Shown here piece after piece: positions 9,610 to 19,118 of a stretch of 64,000 bases of DNA (position 1 is its first letter; each line of letters starts with the position of its first letter). The notes under the pieces were generated by a model. The model saw only the letters and a list, made by a program, of their open reading frames with translations, was not told where the DNA came from and ran no database searches. Origin of the DNA: Promethearchaeota archaeon. Lineage in GTDB: Archaea; Asgardarchaeota; Lokiarchaeia; Sigyniarchaeales; SOKP01. The DNA lies in contig JAHPZI010000030.1 of NCBI GenBank assembly GCA_019058295.1, positions 141,164 to 205,163 on the forward strand, read 5' to 3'. Position numbers and translations under genes: made by a program.

Positions 9610-9712
9610 TACAATTATAGGATTAAATTCTTTAATTACCATTATCAAATTAAAATATGGAAAAAAATATATCAATTACGATTTGATGAAAATTTATTAA
9701 GTGCTTTTTATT
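9610..9712. repeat. 103-bp direct repeat, copy 2 (carries the start of a dead-end thiolase 5' stub, 9642-9589 MVIKEFNPIIVLYNNYN*)
   Basis: Exactly 850 bp from copy 1; 9 substitutions. Confidence 0.95.
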
Positions 9713-9829
9713 ACTTAGAAAAGTAGAAACTTCTGAAGATTATTATATCTTTATAAGAATTTAAAAAAAAAAATTAGTATTTATTATTCTTTCCCTCCGC
9801 TGAAGTGTCGCAACCAAATGTGAGATTGG

Positions 9830-9997
9830 TTACCGATCGAACACAAAACCACAATCTCCACATTTAACTTGCTTCGCATAAACAGGTGTTCCTTGCATAG
9901 AATAATATAATACTTTAGTTTTATCAGGGGTTTCATGAAGTTTACGTGGATTCTCATTTCCACAATTAGAACATTTAACTCGCTTATAATCAGACAT
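9830..9997 (-). CDS. Small zinc-ribbon protein, 55 aa (absent from the ORF track)
   Basis: MSDYKRVKCSNCGNENPRKLHETPDKTKVLYYSMQGTPVYAKQVKCGDCGFVFDR*; two CxxCG knuckles. Confidence 0.85.
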   Translation of the reverse strand: MSDYKRVKCSNCGNENPRKLHETPDKTKVLYYSMQGTPVYAKQVKCGDCGFVFDR

Positions 9998-10055
9998 AAT
10001 AAAATATATTCTTTTGTTTATAATTAAACAATGGATGAGTTTTATAAATTTAAAT

Positions 10056-10586
10056 TTAGGTTTTTAAGTTTGTTTTCGAGATGATTTCGATAACAATATC
10101 TTCAATTTTTTTTCCTGTTGTCTCAATAATTATCTCTGCTGCGGCTTCATAAAAAGGTTTTCTAAAGTCTAAAACTTTTTTAATCTCAGCTTCTGGATCT
10201 TCTTTATCAATGACAGGTCTAGTCTCTTGACCATCTTTCATGGCTCTTTTGTAAATTTCCTCTGCTGAGGCGTTTAATAAAACAATATGACAATTTTCTT
10301 TTAAATTATCAATGTTAATTTTATTTAAAACGACACCACCTCCACATGAAATTATAACATTACTAAATTTTGCAGCTTTCTTACAAGCAGCAATTTCATA
10401 CTCCCTAAATCTAATTTCTCCATCTTCAGTAAAAATTTCAGGAATCGTTTTCCCAGCGTCTTCAATAATAATTTGATCAGTTTCTATAAATCTATAATTG
10501 TCTCCGAGAGCATCAGCTAATGCATTTCCTACCACAGTTTTTCCAGTTGCCATGAAACCAATAAGCGCAATAGAATCCTTAGTCAT
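10056..10586 (-). CDS. aroK: Shikimate kinase (bacterial-type P-loop)
   Basis: IGFMATGKT, FREYE, ISCGGGVV, TRP, RKPFYE. Confidence 0.93.
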   Translation of the reverse strand: MTKDSIALIGFMATGKTVVGNALADALGDNYRFIETDQIIIEDAGKTIPEIFTEDGEIRFREYEIAACKKAAKFSNVIISCGGGVVLNKINIDNLKENCHIVLLNASAEEIYKRAMKDGQETRPVIDKEDPEAEIKKVLDFRKPFYEAAAEIIIETTGKKIEDIVIEIISKTNLKT

Positions 10587-10642
10587 TTTTTCTCTTAAAA
10601 TTTTAAAATTTTACTTATTTCAATAATTATATAATATTTATT

Positions 10643-12688
10643 TTAAATATTTTTTAGTTCGCTGAATAGTTGTGAAAATTCTGATATTGCTCTATAAAAT
10701 ACAGGAGGTTCTCCAATTGGTGTAGATATATCTAGCCATCCTCCTTTGTAACTTCTACCTGACCAGAGATGGACCCAATTATCTTCTGGAAGATAAACTT
10801 TCCAGGTGGTTTTATCTTTTGAATATACTGGAGCAATAAGGAGATCTCTTCCATAAAGATATTGATATTTAATACGATGGAGGATTGGCTCATCTTCATA
10901 ATGAATATAAGGATGTCGCATTGAAGGCAACCCAGTAGTTCGATACTCGTCTAATATATGACGGGTATAAGGTACAAGATGTGAATGAATACGTGTAAAT
11001 TTTGCTAAATGTGCTAGGGTCTCCTCATCGGAATCAAATTTCCAGTCTATACGCCCTTCATATTCATGTCCTTCATGAGATCGCATAACACATGTGAAAG
11101 CTGCATGTTCAGTCCATCTCATAAATAGCTCTTTTGTGCGTTTAAATGCAGAAAAAGTAAATAAACCTCCGATATCAGAGTGAAAATGACCAATTCCGCA
11201 AAAACCTATTGATAATCCGGCACAAATGACGGATGCCAATCCATTATTAATAGAAAAACTTGCGAGTTGATCACCCCCCCATATTAATGGTGAATATTTC
11301 GAAGTTCCAATACCTCCAGAACGATTGAAGAAAATAATCTCATCCTTTCCTTCTTGTGATTCATATTCTTTTGTGGCTTCATAGTTTACTTTTGCCCAAA
11401 GGACGGGATATTTATTATGATGAATACGCGGGGCCTCTCCTGAATATAAAGCACAATCCATAGGAATATATTCAGCATAATCACACATCCAACCGCTCAA
11501 TCCTATCTTAAGCATATTTTCATTAATAATTTCTTTTATCCATTCCCATGCTTCTGGATTTGAGAGATCAATCATACCTACAGAAAATGTCAGCATTAAA
11601 ATATCGTAAACATTTCCGTCTTTCTTCTTTATTAGATAACCTTTTTCTTCTGCTTCCTTATATTGATCGCCGTGCTTCATTAGAAAACAATTGTTATATC
11701 CTAAGAATTTTATTCCCTTTGCATTTAATTGTTTAATAAAATCTGGAAGGTTGGGGTATCTTTGATTATCATATTGCCAGTCCCAGAATAAACGGGTTTC
11801 AAATCGCGAGATTTTATAGAGTCCTGTCCAATCTTGCGACCATATTGCAGAGACCTTTATATTCGCATCAAGTGCTCGTTTTAATTTCTGAGGAATACTC
11901 CATTGACTATTCTCATCAAGACCTCCTCCTACTCCTAACCATAAACCATTAATAGACCAATCAGGAAGGTTGGGTTGTCGTCCTAAATAATTTGAGAGCG
12001 ATTGGATCACCTCTACAGCTGTAGGTCTAACATCAATGATAATTCGATTTGGTATTTCCCAAAAATGAAGCCTATGGAAGTTTCTACTACAAAAATTAAA
12101 TCTTGCATATGCATAGCTCTCCACATGTATGAAATAATTTCGTGAAGAAACAAAAGTAGGTTGCGGATAATATGTCGTATGCCAGGCGCCTGAACCACCC
12201 TCTAAATATAATTCTGCCAATTTTGAGAATCTAGAATGATCTCGTCCAAAACCAGGTTCCCGACTCCAAAGAGGCACGTTTCGGCGACGCATATTTAACA
12301 CAGAGAATTGTTCACCAAGCCCATAAATCGATTCATCTTTAATTGCGGGAATATGGATTGTGAAACGATTGTAATTTTGATTATTCTTCAGTAAAGATAT
12401 ATCAACTTCAAGACGATCAGATATTATATTTAACTGGAGTTTGAGTAAGTCGTCGAATTCGACTATTATCCTAATTTCACTAATTTCTACAAATTTAAAT
12501 TCTTTAAGCCCCTGCATTTGCAGGTTATTATCTTTAGGTCTGTAAATTCCACAATGTTTATCATTCATGCGATAATTTTCTTGACCAGTACCAATTTCTA
12601 TACAAGGATTTTTATTAGAATGTCTTAAAAATTCAAATTCTTTGAAGAATATTTTAAATTGGTTTTGATCCCGTTCAAGTCTTAACAT
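10643..12688 (-). CDS. GH31 alpha-glycosidase, YihQ/sulfoquinovosidase-like subgroup
   Basis: YGLGEQF, TYYPQPTFVSS, WSQDWTG, GWMCDYAE nucleophile, WGGDQ acid/base, HSDIGG, MRSHEG. Confidence 0.9.
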   Translation of the reverse strand: MLRLERDQNQFKIFFKEFEFLRHSNKNPCIEIGTGQENYRMNDKHCGIYRPKDNNLQMQGLKEFKFVEISEIRIIVEFDDLLKLQLNIISDRLEVDISLLKNNQNYNRFTIHIPAIKDESIYGLGEQFSVLNMRRRNVPLWSREPGFGRDHSRFSKLAELYLEGGSGAWHTTYYPQPTFVSSRNYFIHVESYAYARFNFCSRNFHRLHFWEIPNRIIIDVRPTAVEVIQSLSNYLGRQPNLPDWSINGLWLGVGGGLDENSQWSIPQKLKRALDANIKVSAIWSQDWTGLYKISRFETRLFWDWQYDNQRYPNLPDFIKQLNAKGIKFLGYNNCFLMKHGDQYKEAEEKGYLIKKKDGNVYDILMLTFSVGMIDLSNPEAWEWIKEIINENMLKIGLSGWMCDYAEYIPMDCALYSGEAPRIHHNKYPVLWAKVNYEATKEYESQEGKDEIIFFNRSGGIGTSKYSPLIWGGDQLASFSINNGLASVICAGLSIGFCGIGHFHSDIGGLFTFSAFKRTKELFMRWTEHAAFTCVMRSHEGHEYEGRIDWKFDSDEETLAHLAKFTRIHSHLVPYTRHILDEYRTTGLPSMRHPYIHYEDEPILHRIKYQYLYGRDLLIAPVYSKDKTTWKVYLPEDNWVHLWSGRSYKGGWLDISTPIGEPPVFYRAISEFSQLFSELKNI

Positions 12689-12854
12689 ATTTTTACGCTC
12701 CTAAAACATGTATAAGAAATAATATTTTAAGACAATTAATATATTCTAAAATTAATGTTAGAATTAAAAATAAAATATTAGTTTAAAAACACTTAATTTG
12801 AATCTTAAATTCTAAATTTAACAATATAATTAATAATAAGAGTCTGAAAAAATT

Positions 12855-13712
12855 TTGAAACTCTCCGGACATACAAAAACTTTTTGTCTCATTGGACATC
12901 CCGTTGAGCATTCAATGTCTCCTACAATGTGGAATCCTGCATTACAAGAATTAGACCTTGATTATATGTATGTTGCATTTAACGTACATCCAGATGATTT
13001 AGAAAAGGCTATAAACGGTATAAGGGCTCTTGGGATAAAGGGAGTGAATGTTACAATACCTCATAAGGAAACAATTATAAAATATATAGATGAAATTGAT
13101 CCAATTGCTCGCAAAATGGGTGCCATTAATACGATTAAGAATGACAATGGATTATTAAAAGGCAGAAATACTGACGGTGATGGCGCCAGGAAATCTCTTA
13201 TAGATGCTGGTTGCGAAATATTAGGTAAAAAAATATTAATACTAGGCTCAGGAGGAGTAGCAAGAGCTATATGTTATATTTTATCTAAAGAAGCTGAAAA
13301 AATTATCCTAACTGATATTATTGAGGAAAGAGCTATAAATTTAGCTAAGGAAGTAAAAGATAAGATGAAGGCTGAAGTTATAGGGAAACTAAGCAGTGAA
13401 ACCAATATTAAAGAAGATATTAAAGATACGGATATTTTAATTAACGCAACACCTTTAGGTATGTACCCTAAGGTTAACGCAACTCCAATATCCAAGGAAT
13501 TGCTACAAAGTAATTTATTTGTTTTTGATGTGATATATAATCCTTTAGAAACAAAGTTAATGAAAGAAGCTGCAGAAATTGGATGTAAAACCCTTGGTGG
13601 CTTAGATATGCTGATTAATCAAGGAGTTATAGCTTTTGAATGGTGGACTGGAAAATCACCAAATAGTGCCCTTATGAAAAACAAAATAATCGATTTTTTA
13701 GGAATTAAATAA
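12855..13712 (+). CDS. aroE: Shikimate dehydrogenase
   Basis: HSMSP, NVTIPHKE, GAINT, NTDG, GSGGVARA, NATPLGM, DVIYNP. Confidence 0.95.
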   Translation: MKLSGHTKTFCLIGHPVEHSMSPTMWNPALQELDLDYMYVAFNVHPDDLEKAINGIRALGIKGVNVTIPHKETIIKYIDEIDPIARKMGAINTIKNDNGLLKGRNTDGDGARKSLIDAGCEILGKKILILGSGGVARAICYILSKEAEKIILTDIIEERAINLAKEVKDKMKAEVIGKLSSETNIKEDIKDTDILINATPLGMYPKVNATPISKELLQSNLFVFDVIYNPLETKLMKEAAEIGCKTLGGLDMLINQGVIAFEWWTGKSPNSALMKNKIIDFLGIK

Positions 13713-14947
13713 TGTTAGGGAAGAAGAAAAAACCTATTGTATCAGTAGCATGCAATGAAAATATTACCTTAGCGGTTAAAACATGTTTAGATCAAATTAA
13801 AATTCCTGATTTAACAGAAAAAACAGTCTTATTAAAACCAAATGTTGGCAGAGAAGAGGATCCTTATTTAGGAATAAATACAAATCCTGAAGTTGTAATT
13901 GCTATTTTTAATTACTTAAAAAAAAAATTTAAGGCACGATTTTTAATTGGTGACTCTCCTATAATAAATACTGATACAAGAAAGGCATTTGAGCAATCCG
14001 GCTATAATAATCTATTGAACGATGACGATATTCAATTTATCGATTTAGATGATAAACCTCCCATCGAATTAGATATACCAAATGGAAAAATTCTAAAGAA
14101 AATCAAGGTTACCGGTTACTGGAATGATATTGATTCTATAATATCAATTCCCGTCTTAAAAATGCATATGCACTGTGGTGCTTCTCTAAGTTTTAAAAAT
14201 TTAAAAGGGTTAATCTATAAAAGAAAAAAAGTTACTTTACATCATCTTCAAGCTCCCGAAGTAATAAGCCAATTGAAAGATTCGATAAGGAAAATTAAAG
14301 AATTAGATGTTGCAATCGCAGATCTTGCTCATATATTTCATCCTCACTTGATAGTAATAGACGCATCATATGCTCAAGAGGGGATGGGACCTTCTTCGGG
14401 AAATCCTGTGAAATTAGACACAATAATAGCATCTACAGATTACCTTGCAGCAGATATCATTGCCCTTGCATTAACTCAACCAGAATGGTCTTTAGAAAAT
14501 GTCCCTCATTTGAAACTCATATCAGATATGATACCAAATGCTCCAAAAAATTGTGAAGATATCTTAATAATTCCCGAAAATATTCAAGAATTTGTAAGAC
14601 CTTTAGAACCCCCTCCAACTTCAATAAGCATTAAATATAAAAATGTGAATTTAATTGACATTGATTCCTGCTCTGCATGTCTTTCCACAATATTTAATTT
14701 ATTGAAAAATAATAAGGATTTTATTGATAATCATTTCACTGCCGAAAATCCACTCAATTTAGCTATAGGTAAAGGAATAAAAAATTCCGATCTCTATGAA
14801 GATACATTTTTAATTGGAAATTGTACTTATGAACAACGAGAAAATGGTACTTTTATTAAAGGATGTACACCCGTTGAGTCAACTATTTTAGAAATAATAA
14901 AGAACAACTTAAAAAAAATAAGAAAGAAGATTAAAAAAGAAAATTAA
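13712..14947 (+). CDS. DUF362-family Fe-S protein
   Basis: VLLKPN, TNPEVV, IPVLKMH, KNLKG, EGMGP, C-terminal CSAC..GNC..GCTP. Confidence 0.85.
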   Translation: MLGKKKKPIVSVACNENITLAVKTCLDQIKIPDLTEKTVLLKPNVGREEDPYLGINTNPEVVIAIFNYLKKKFKARFLIGDSPIINTDTRKAFEQSGYNNLLNDDDIQFIDLDDKPPIELDIPNGKILKKIKVTGYWNDIDSIISIPVLKMHMHCGASLSFKNLKGLIYKRKKVTLHHLQAPEVISQLKDSIRKIKELDVAIADLAHIFHPHLIVIDASYAQEGMGPSSGNPVKLDTIIASTDYLAADIIALALTQPEWSLENVPHLKLISDMIPNAPKNCEDILIIPENIQEFVRPLEPPPTSISIKYKNVNLIDIDSCSACLSTIFNLLKNNKDFIDNHFTAENPLNLAIGKGIKNSDLYEDTFLIGNCTYEQRENGTFIKGCTPVESTILEIIKNNLKKIRKKIKKEN

Positions 14948-15279
14948 AATTTTTGTACTATATTATCTCCGCAAAAATTGCAGATTTTAGCTTCATCTCT
15001 ATATTCTATTTCAGTTCCACAATTATAACAAAATTTTACTTTTTCATTAGTTATTAATTTTGGTGTCACGTTTTCTAGTTGTGGGGGTTGACAGAGTGTA
15101 CGACAAAATTCACAATATTTTGGCTTTTGGTCGATATAGTATAAAATATATATGACTAATCCTATCCCTGTAAAAGCCAAAATGAATGCTAACAAAAAGC
15201 TAAAACTTCCTTTTTCTTTAACTACGTTTTTTTTACAATTGGGACAATATCCTAATGATTCCAAATTTACTACCTCCAA
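14944..15279 (-). CDS. LITAF-like membrane zinc-ribbon protein with C-terminal zinc ribbon
   Basis: CPNC-hydrophobic hairpin-CEFC, then CYNC..CNFC. Confidence 0.75.
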   Translation of the reverse strand: MEVVNLESLGYCPNCKKNVVKEKGSFSFLLAFILAFTGIGLVIYILYYIDQKPKYCEFCRTLCQPPQLENVTPKLITNEKVKFCYNCGTEIEYRDEAKICNFCGDNIVQKF

Positions 15280-15422
15280 TTTTGAATTTTTAGTAATTAA
15301 ATAAAAGGTAATATAGTTAATATTAAAATGATCTCGAGTCCAATTTTTACCATAAAATAGAACCGATTTAGAATAATATTTAAAAATATATGATCAAAAT
15401 TGGTGTATAATAGAAAAAAAAT

Positions 15423-15782
15423 TCAATCTATTTCACTACCGCAATGAGGACAAAAATTTTGGGTATGTTTATCTAATTTACCTCCACACAAATGACAATA
15501 TTTAACTATATCAGATTCAATTGTTTTAACTTGAGCTTGTTGTTGATTTGGCAACTGGCTAATAGTCTGAGAATATTGGTTTGGTAATGCTGTAACTTGT
15601 GTACCGCAATGAACGCATCTGTTTTCGGATTTTGAATAATATATAATTAAATAAATGAAAAAACCAATTCCGAATGTACAACAGATCAAAATAATGGCTA
15701 ACTTTGGATTAATTGGCTCTCTATGTAGTAAAACGTTCTGCTGACAGTGCGGACAATAACCCATTGGAGTAGTGCTTGTCAA
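15423..15782 (-). CDS. LITAF-like membrane zinc-ribbon protein (tandem paralogue)
   Basis: CPHC-hydrophobic hairpin-CVHC, Q-rich linker, CHLC..CPHC. Confidence 0.75.
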   Translation of the reverse strand: MTSTTPMGYCPHCQQNVLLHREPINPKLAIILICCTFGIGFFIYLIIYYSKSENRCVHCGTQVTALPNQYSQTISQLPNQQQAQVKTIESDIVKYCHLCGGKLDKHTQNFCPHCGSEID

Positions 15783-15888
15783 AATATAATCTTCTTTTAT
15801 TTTTTACTTTTTCAAAATGAATTAAATTCTAAGATATTCAAAAATAATACTCTCTTATAATTTTTATACTTTTAAATATTTGATTTAA

Positions 15889-16500
15889 ATGAAAAAAATG
15901 AATTTAACTCAAAAATCTGTATTTATAGTCTTGGAAGGATTGGATGGTAGCGGTACAACCACTCATAGCCACCTACTTGAGGGTTTTTTAAAGAATGAAA
16001 AACTTAAAGTTCATTTAACTCAAGAACCTTCTAAAAACGAAATTGGAGTCTTATTAAGAAAATTCTTGAAGGATAATAGTATTCCACCAACTACAGATGC
16101 TCTTTTATTTGCTGCAGATAGAAATCTCCATTATCATAATGAAATTAAGAAAAAACTTGATGAAGGATATATAGTCATATCAGATCGTTATCTTGAATCT
16201 TCCATAATATATCAGTCATTACAATCTGATGAAATATCTATTGATTGGGTAGAAGAACTTAATAAGTTTGTAGGTCAACCAGATTTAACTATTTTATTAG
16301 ATATCGATCCAAAAGTAGCGATGGCTCGAAAGTCTGGAGCTTTAGAAAAATTTGAAGAAACCCCTTTTTTAGATAAAGTAAGGGATCTTTATCTAACTAG
16401 AGCTAAAAAATTAAAATATTACGTAATTAATTCTGACGATATTATTGAATTTGTACAGGAAAAAATTCAAAAAATCGTTATAAATAAATTAAAAGCATAA
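15889..16500 (+). CDS. tmk: Thymidylate kinase
   Basis: FIVLEGLDGSG, TQEP, LLFAADR, ISDRY, PDLTILLD. Confidence 0.93.
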   Translation: MKKMNLTQKSVFIVLEGLDGSGTTTHSHLLEGFLKNEKLKVHLTQEPSKNEIGVLLRKFLKDNSIPPTTDALLFAADRNLHYHNEIKKKLDEGYIVISDRYLESSIIYQSLQSDEISIDWVEELNKFVGQPDLTILLDIDPKVAMARKSGALEKFEETPFLDKVRDLYLTRAKKLKYYVINSDDIIEFVQEKIQKIVINKLKA

Positions 16501-16572
16501 GAAATTAATCCTTTGTTTTATTTCTAGTTTTAAGATTAAACTTTAATAATCCTAATTGAAATAAGATAAATT

Positions 16573-17856
16573 GTGAATACAAAAGCCCCTCTTAATAATC
16601 ATTGGTATAGTAAAGATAGGATTTATAAAAATGTTCAAAAATTTAGTTTTCCTCGACTTGCAGGAACAGATGGTGAGAAAGAAGCAGTAAAGTTAACTAT
16701 TAATACATTTAAAGAAATAGGATATACTGAGAATGAGATTAAAAAAGAAAAATTTGAATTTTCCGATTTCTATTCTACGACGCTTGTTAAATTTATAGGG
16801 ATAATTAGTTTAAACGCTCTTTTGGTTTTTGTTTTAGCCATATACCTTAACATCCTCTTTACATTTTTTATAATAGGATTGATGACATTAATAGTTTTTT
16901 TAATTATAAGAGGATTAAAACATCCCGAAGAAAAAGGATTTTGGGGAGAATATTTCGGTAATACTATTCAAGCTACAAATGTTTTTGTGAAATTACCAGC
17001 GAAATCTCTGCCAATTGAAAAAGCAGGTAATATTATAATATCTGCTCATCTTGATTCCAAATCTCAAACTTTTAAAACTGCCTGGAGAATTATTTCCTAT
17101 AGAATATGGTTATTTTGCGGAATTATTCTTGGAGGGTTTTATATTGCTTCCCTGCTTTGTTATTACTGCATTTTAGAGCTTAATTATTTAATTTTACAAA
17201 TTGGTATTTGGATATTAACGGGGTTAATTTCGTTCTCAAATCTATTATTGATATTTCTCAATACTCAAAATAAATCCCCTGGTGCTTTAGATAACGCCTC
17301 TGGAATGTCTATTGTATTTGAATTAAGTAGATTTTTTAAAGATAATATCTTAGAAAATTTTAATATATGGTTCTGCCAATTTTCTGCAGAAGAATTAGGA
17401 ACGATGGGCTCAAGATTTTTTGTAAATAATCACGAAGACCAATTTGTTAAAGGTAAGATATTTCAATTAAATTTTGATATGGTTTCAGCAGCAAAAAGCA
17501 AAAGAGGAAATAGAGTTGAATATTTAAAATCTTACGGATTTATCCCTCGGAAAAAAGTTGCTCCAATTCTTAGTAAATATTTGGAAAACGCAGCATCAGA
17601 GGAAAATGTTGAACTTCATGGTTTTCATATAACAACAGGAGCACATACCGATTCTGTTCCATTTCATTTAAGGGATTATAGTGCCATTGATATTACCACT
17701 AAATTGGCTGCATTATATACTCATAGTGCCATTGATACAACAGACAAAGTAGATTCTCAAGTTTTAGTAGAAGCATGCATAATTGCTCGAAGAGTAATTT
17801 TAATGCTTGATGAAGATTATAAAATATTAAGTGAAGAACACGAAATAGGTTGTTAA
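16573..17856 (+). CDS. M28-family metallopeptidase with inserted TM helices
   Basis: FPRLAGT, SAHLDS, PGALDNASG, AEELG, NFDM, THS..DT; two TM hairpins. Confidence 0.85.
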   Translation: MNTKAPLNNHWYSKDRIYKNVQKFSFPRLAGTDGEKEAVKLTINTFKEIGYTENEIKKEKFEFSDFYSTTLVKFIGIISLNALLVFVLAIYLNILFTFFIIGLMTLIVFLIIRGLKHPEEKGFWGEYFGNTIQATNVFVKLPAKSLPIEKAGNIIISAHLDSKSQTFKTAWRIISYRIWLFCGIILGGFYIASLLCYYCILELNYLILQIGIWILTGLISFSNLLLIFLNTQNKSPGALDNASGMSIVFELSRFFKDNILENFNIWFCQFSAEELGTMGSRFFVNNHEDQFVKGKIFQLNFDMVSAAKSKRGNRVEYLKSYGFIPRKKVAPILSKYLENAASEENVELHGFHITTGAHTDSVPFHLRDYSAIDITTKLAALYTHSAIDTTDKVDSQVLVEACIIARRVILMLDEDYKILSEEHEIGC

Positions 17857-17861
17857 AAAGA

Positions 17862-19115
17862 ATGAGCAAGACAGTAGCAGAAAAAATATTATTAGAACAT
17901 TCGGATTTAAAAGAAATATCGCCCGGACAGTTTATTGAATGTGATATTGATTTAATAATGGTTCACGAGCAATTAGGAGGAAGAATTCATAAAGAATATG
18001 AAAAACTTGGAATTGATTACGTTTGGGACCCAAATAAAATCTTTTTTATATTGGATCATTGGGTGCCAGCCCCTACGATATCTGCAGCTCAAATGCATCA
18101 AGATTGTAGAGCCTTTGCCAAAAAGTATAATTTTATACATGATATGGGAATGGATAAAGGAATTTGCCACCAAGTGCTACCAGAAATGGGTTTTTCACGA
18201 CCAGGAATGTTAATTGTTGGCTCCGATAGTCATACAACTACTTATGGAGCGTTTAATTGTTTATCTACTGGTATCGGAGCTACTGATGTTTCAGTTGTTT
18301 TTGCTACTGGAAAATTATGGTTTAAAGTTCCCGAATCATATAAAATAACTTTTGTAGAGGAACTAAATAAAGGAGTTATGTCAAAAGATATTATTCTAAA
18401 AATTATTGGTGATATTACAACAAAAGGAGCAATCTATAAGTCATTAGAATTTCATGGTATAGAATCTCTTTCAATAGATGGACGCATGACAATCTCTAAT
18501 ATGGTTGTTGAAGCAGGGGCAAAATTTGGCGTCTTTTTATCTGATAATAAATTAGAAAATTGGATACAAAAGCGTAGTAAAGAAGAATATAATGTTATTC
18601 ACCCTGATAAAGAAGCAATTTATGAAAAAACTCTCGAATATAATTTATCAGAAATTACTCCTATGGTGGCTAAACCCTCCAGTCCAGGAAATGCAGCTGA
18701 AATAGAAAACGTGGAAGGTATTGAAATTGATCAAGCATTTCTTGGAAGTTGTACAAATGGAAGAATTGAGGATTTAAGGATCGCAGCGAAAATTCTAAAA
18801 GGAAAATCGATAGATCCAAAAACTCGATTTATAATTACACCAGCTTCTAAAGAAGTATATATAACAGCCATGAAAGAAGGCTTATTAGATATCTTTATAA
18901 ATGCCGGTGCTGTAGTCACTCACTCCACTTGTGGTGCTTGTATTGGTGGGCATATGGGTGTATTAGGAGAGGGGGAAGTATGTATTAGTTCGACGAATCG
19001 AAATTTTGTAGGTAGGTTGGGTGCAGCCAGTTCTCAAGTGTATTTGGCATCTCCTGCTACTGTTACGACCTCCGCTATCTATGGTAAAATTACAGATCCT
19101 CGTGAGGTGTTGTAA
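17862..19115 (+). CDS. 3-isopropylmalate dehydratase / homoaconitase large subunit (LeuC/HacA family)
   Basis: GICHQ, DSHTTTYGAF, GSCTNGR, CGACIG, STNRNF, YLASP. Confidence 0.92.
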   Translation: MSKTVAEKILLEHSDLKEISPGQFIECDIDLIMVHEQLGGRIHKEYEKLGIDYVWDPNKIFFILDHWVPAPTISAAQMHQDCRAFAKKYNFIHDMGMDKGICHQVLPEMGFSRPGMLIVGSDSHTTTYGAFNCLSTGIGATDVSVVFATGKLWFKVPESYKITFVEELNKGVMSKDIILKIIGDITTKGAIYKSLEFHGIESLSIDGRMTISNMVVEAGAKFGVFLSDNKLENWIQKRSKEEYNVIHPDKEAIYEKTLEYNLSEITPMVAKPSSPGNAAEIENVEGIEIDQAFLGSCTNGRIEDLRIAAKILKGKSIDPKTRFIITPASKEVYITAMKEGLLDIFINAGAVVTHSTCGACIGGHMGVLGEGEVCISSTNRNFVGRLGAASSQVYLASPATVTTSAIYGKITDPREVL

Positions 19116-19118
19116 AAA

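Noticed and set aside
9789-9830. C/D-box guide RNA or SECIS element
   Set aside because: Only one CTGA, no RTGATGA box, and the adjacent gene has no in-frame TGA
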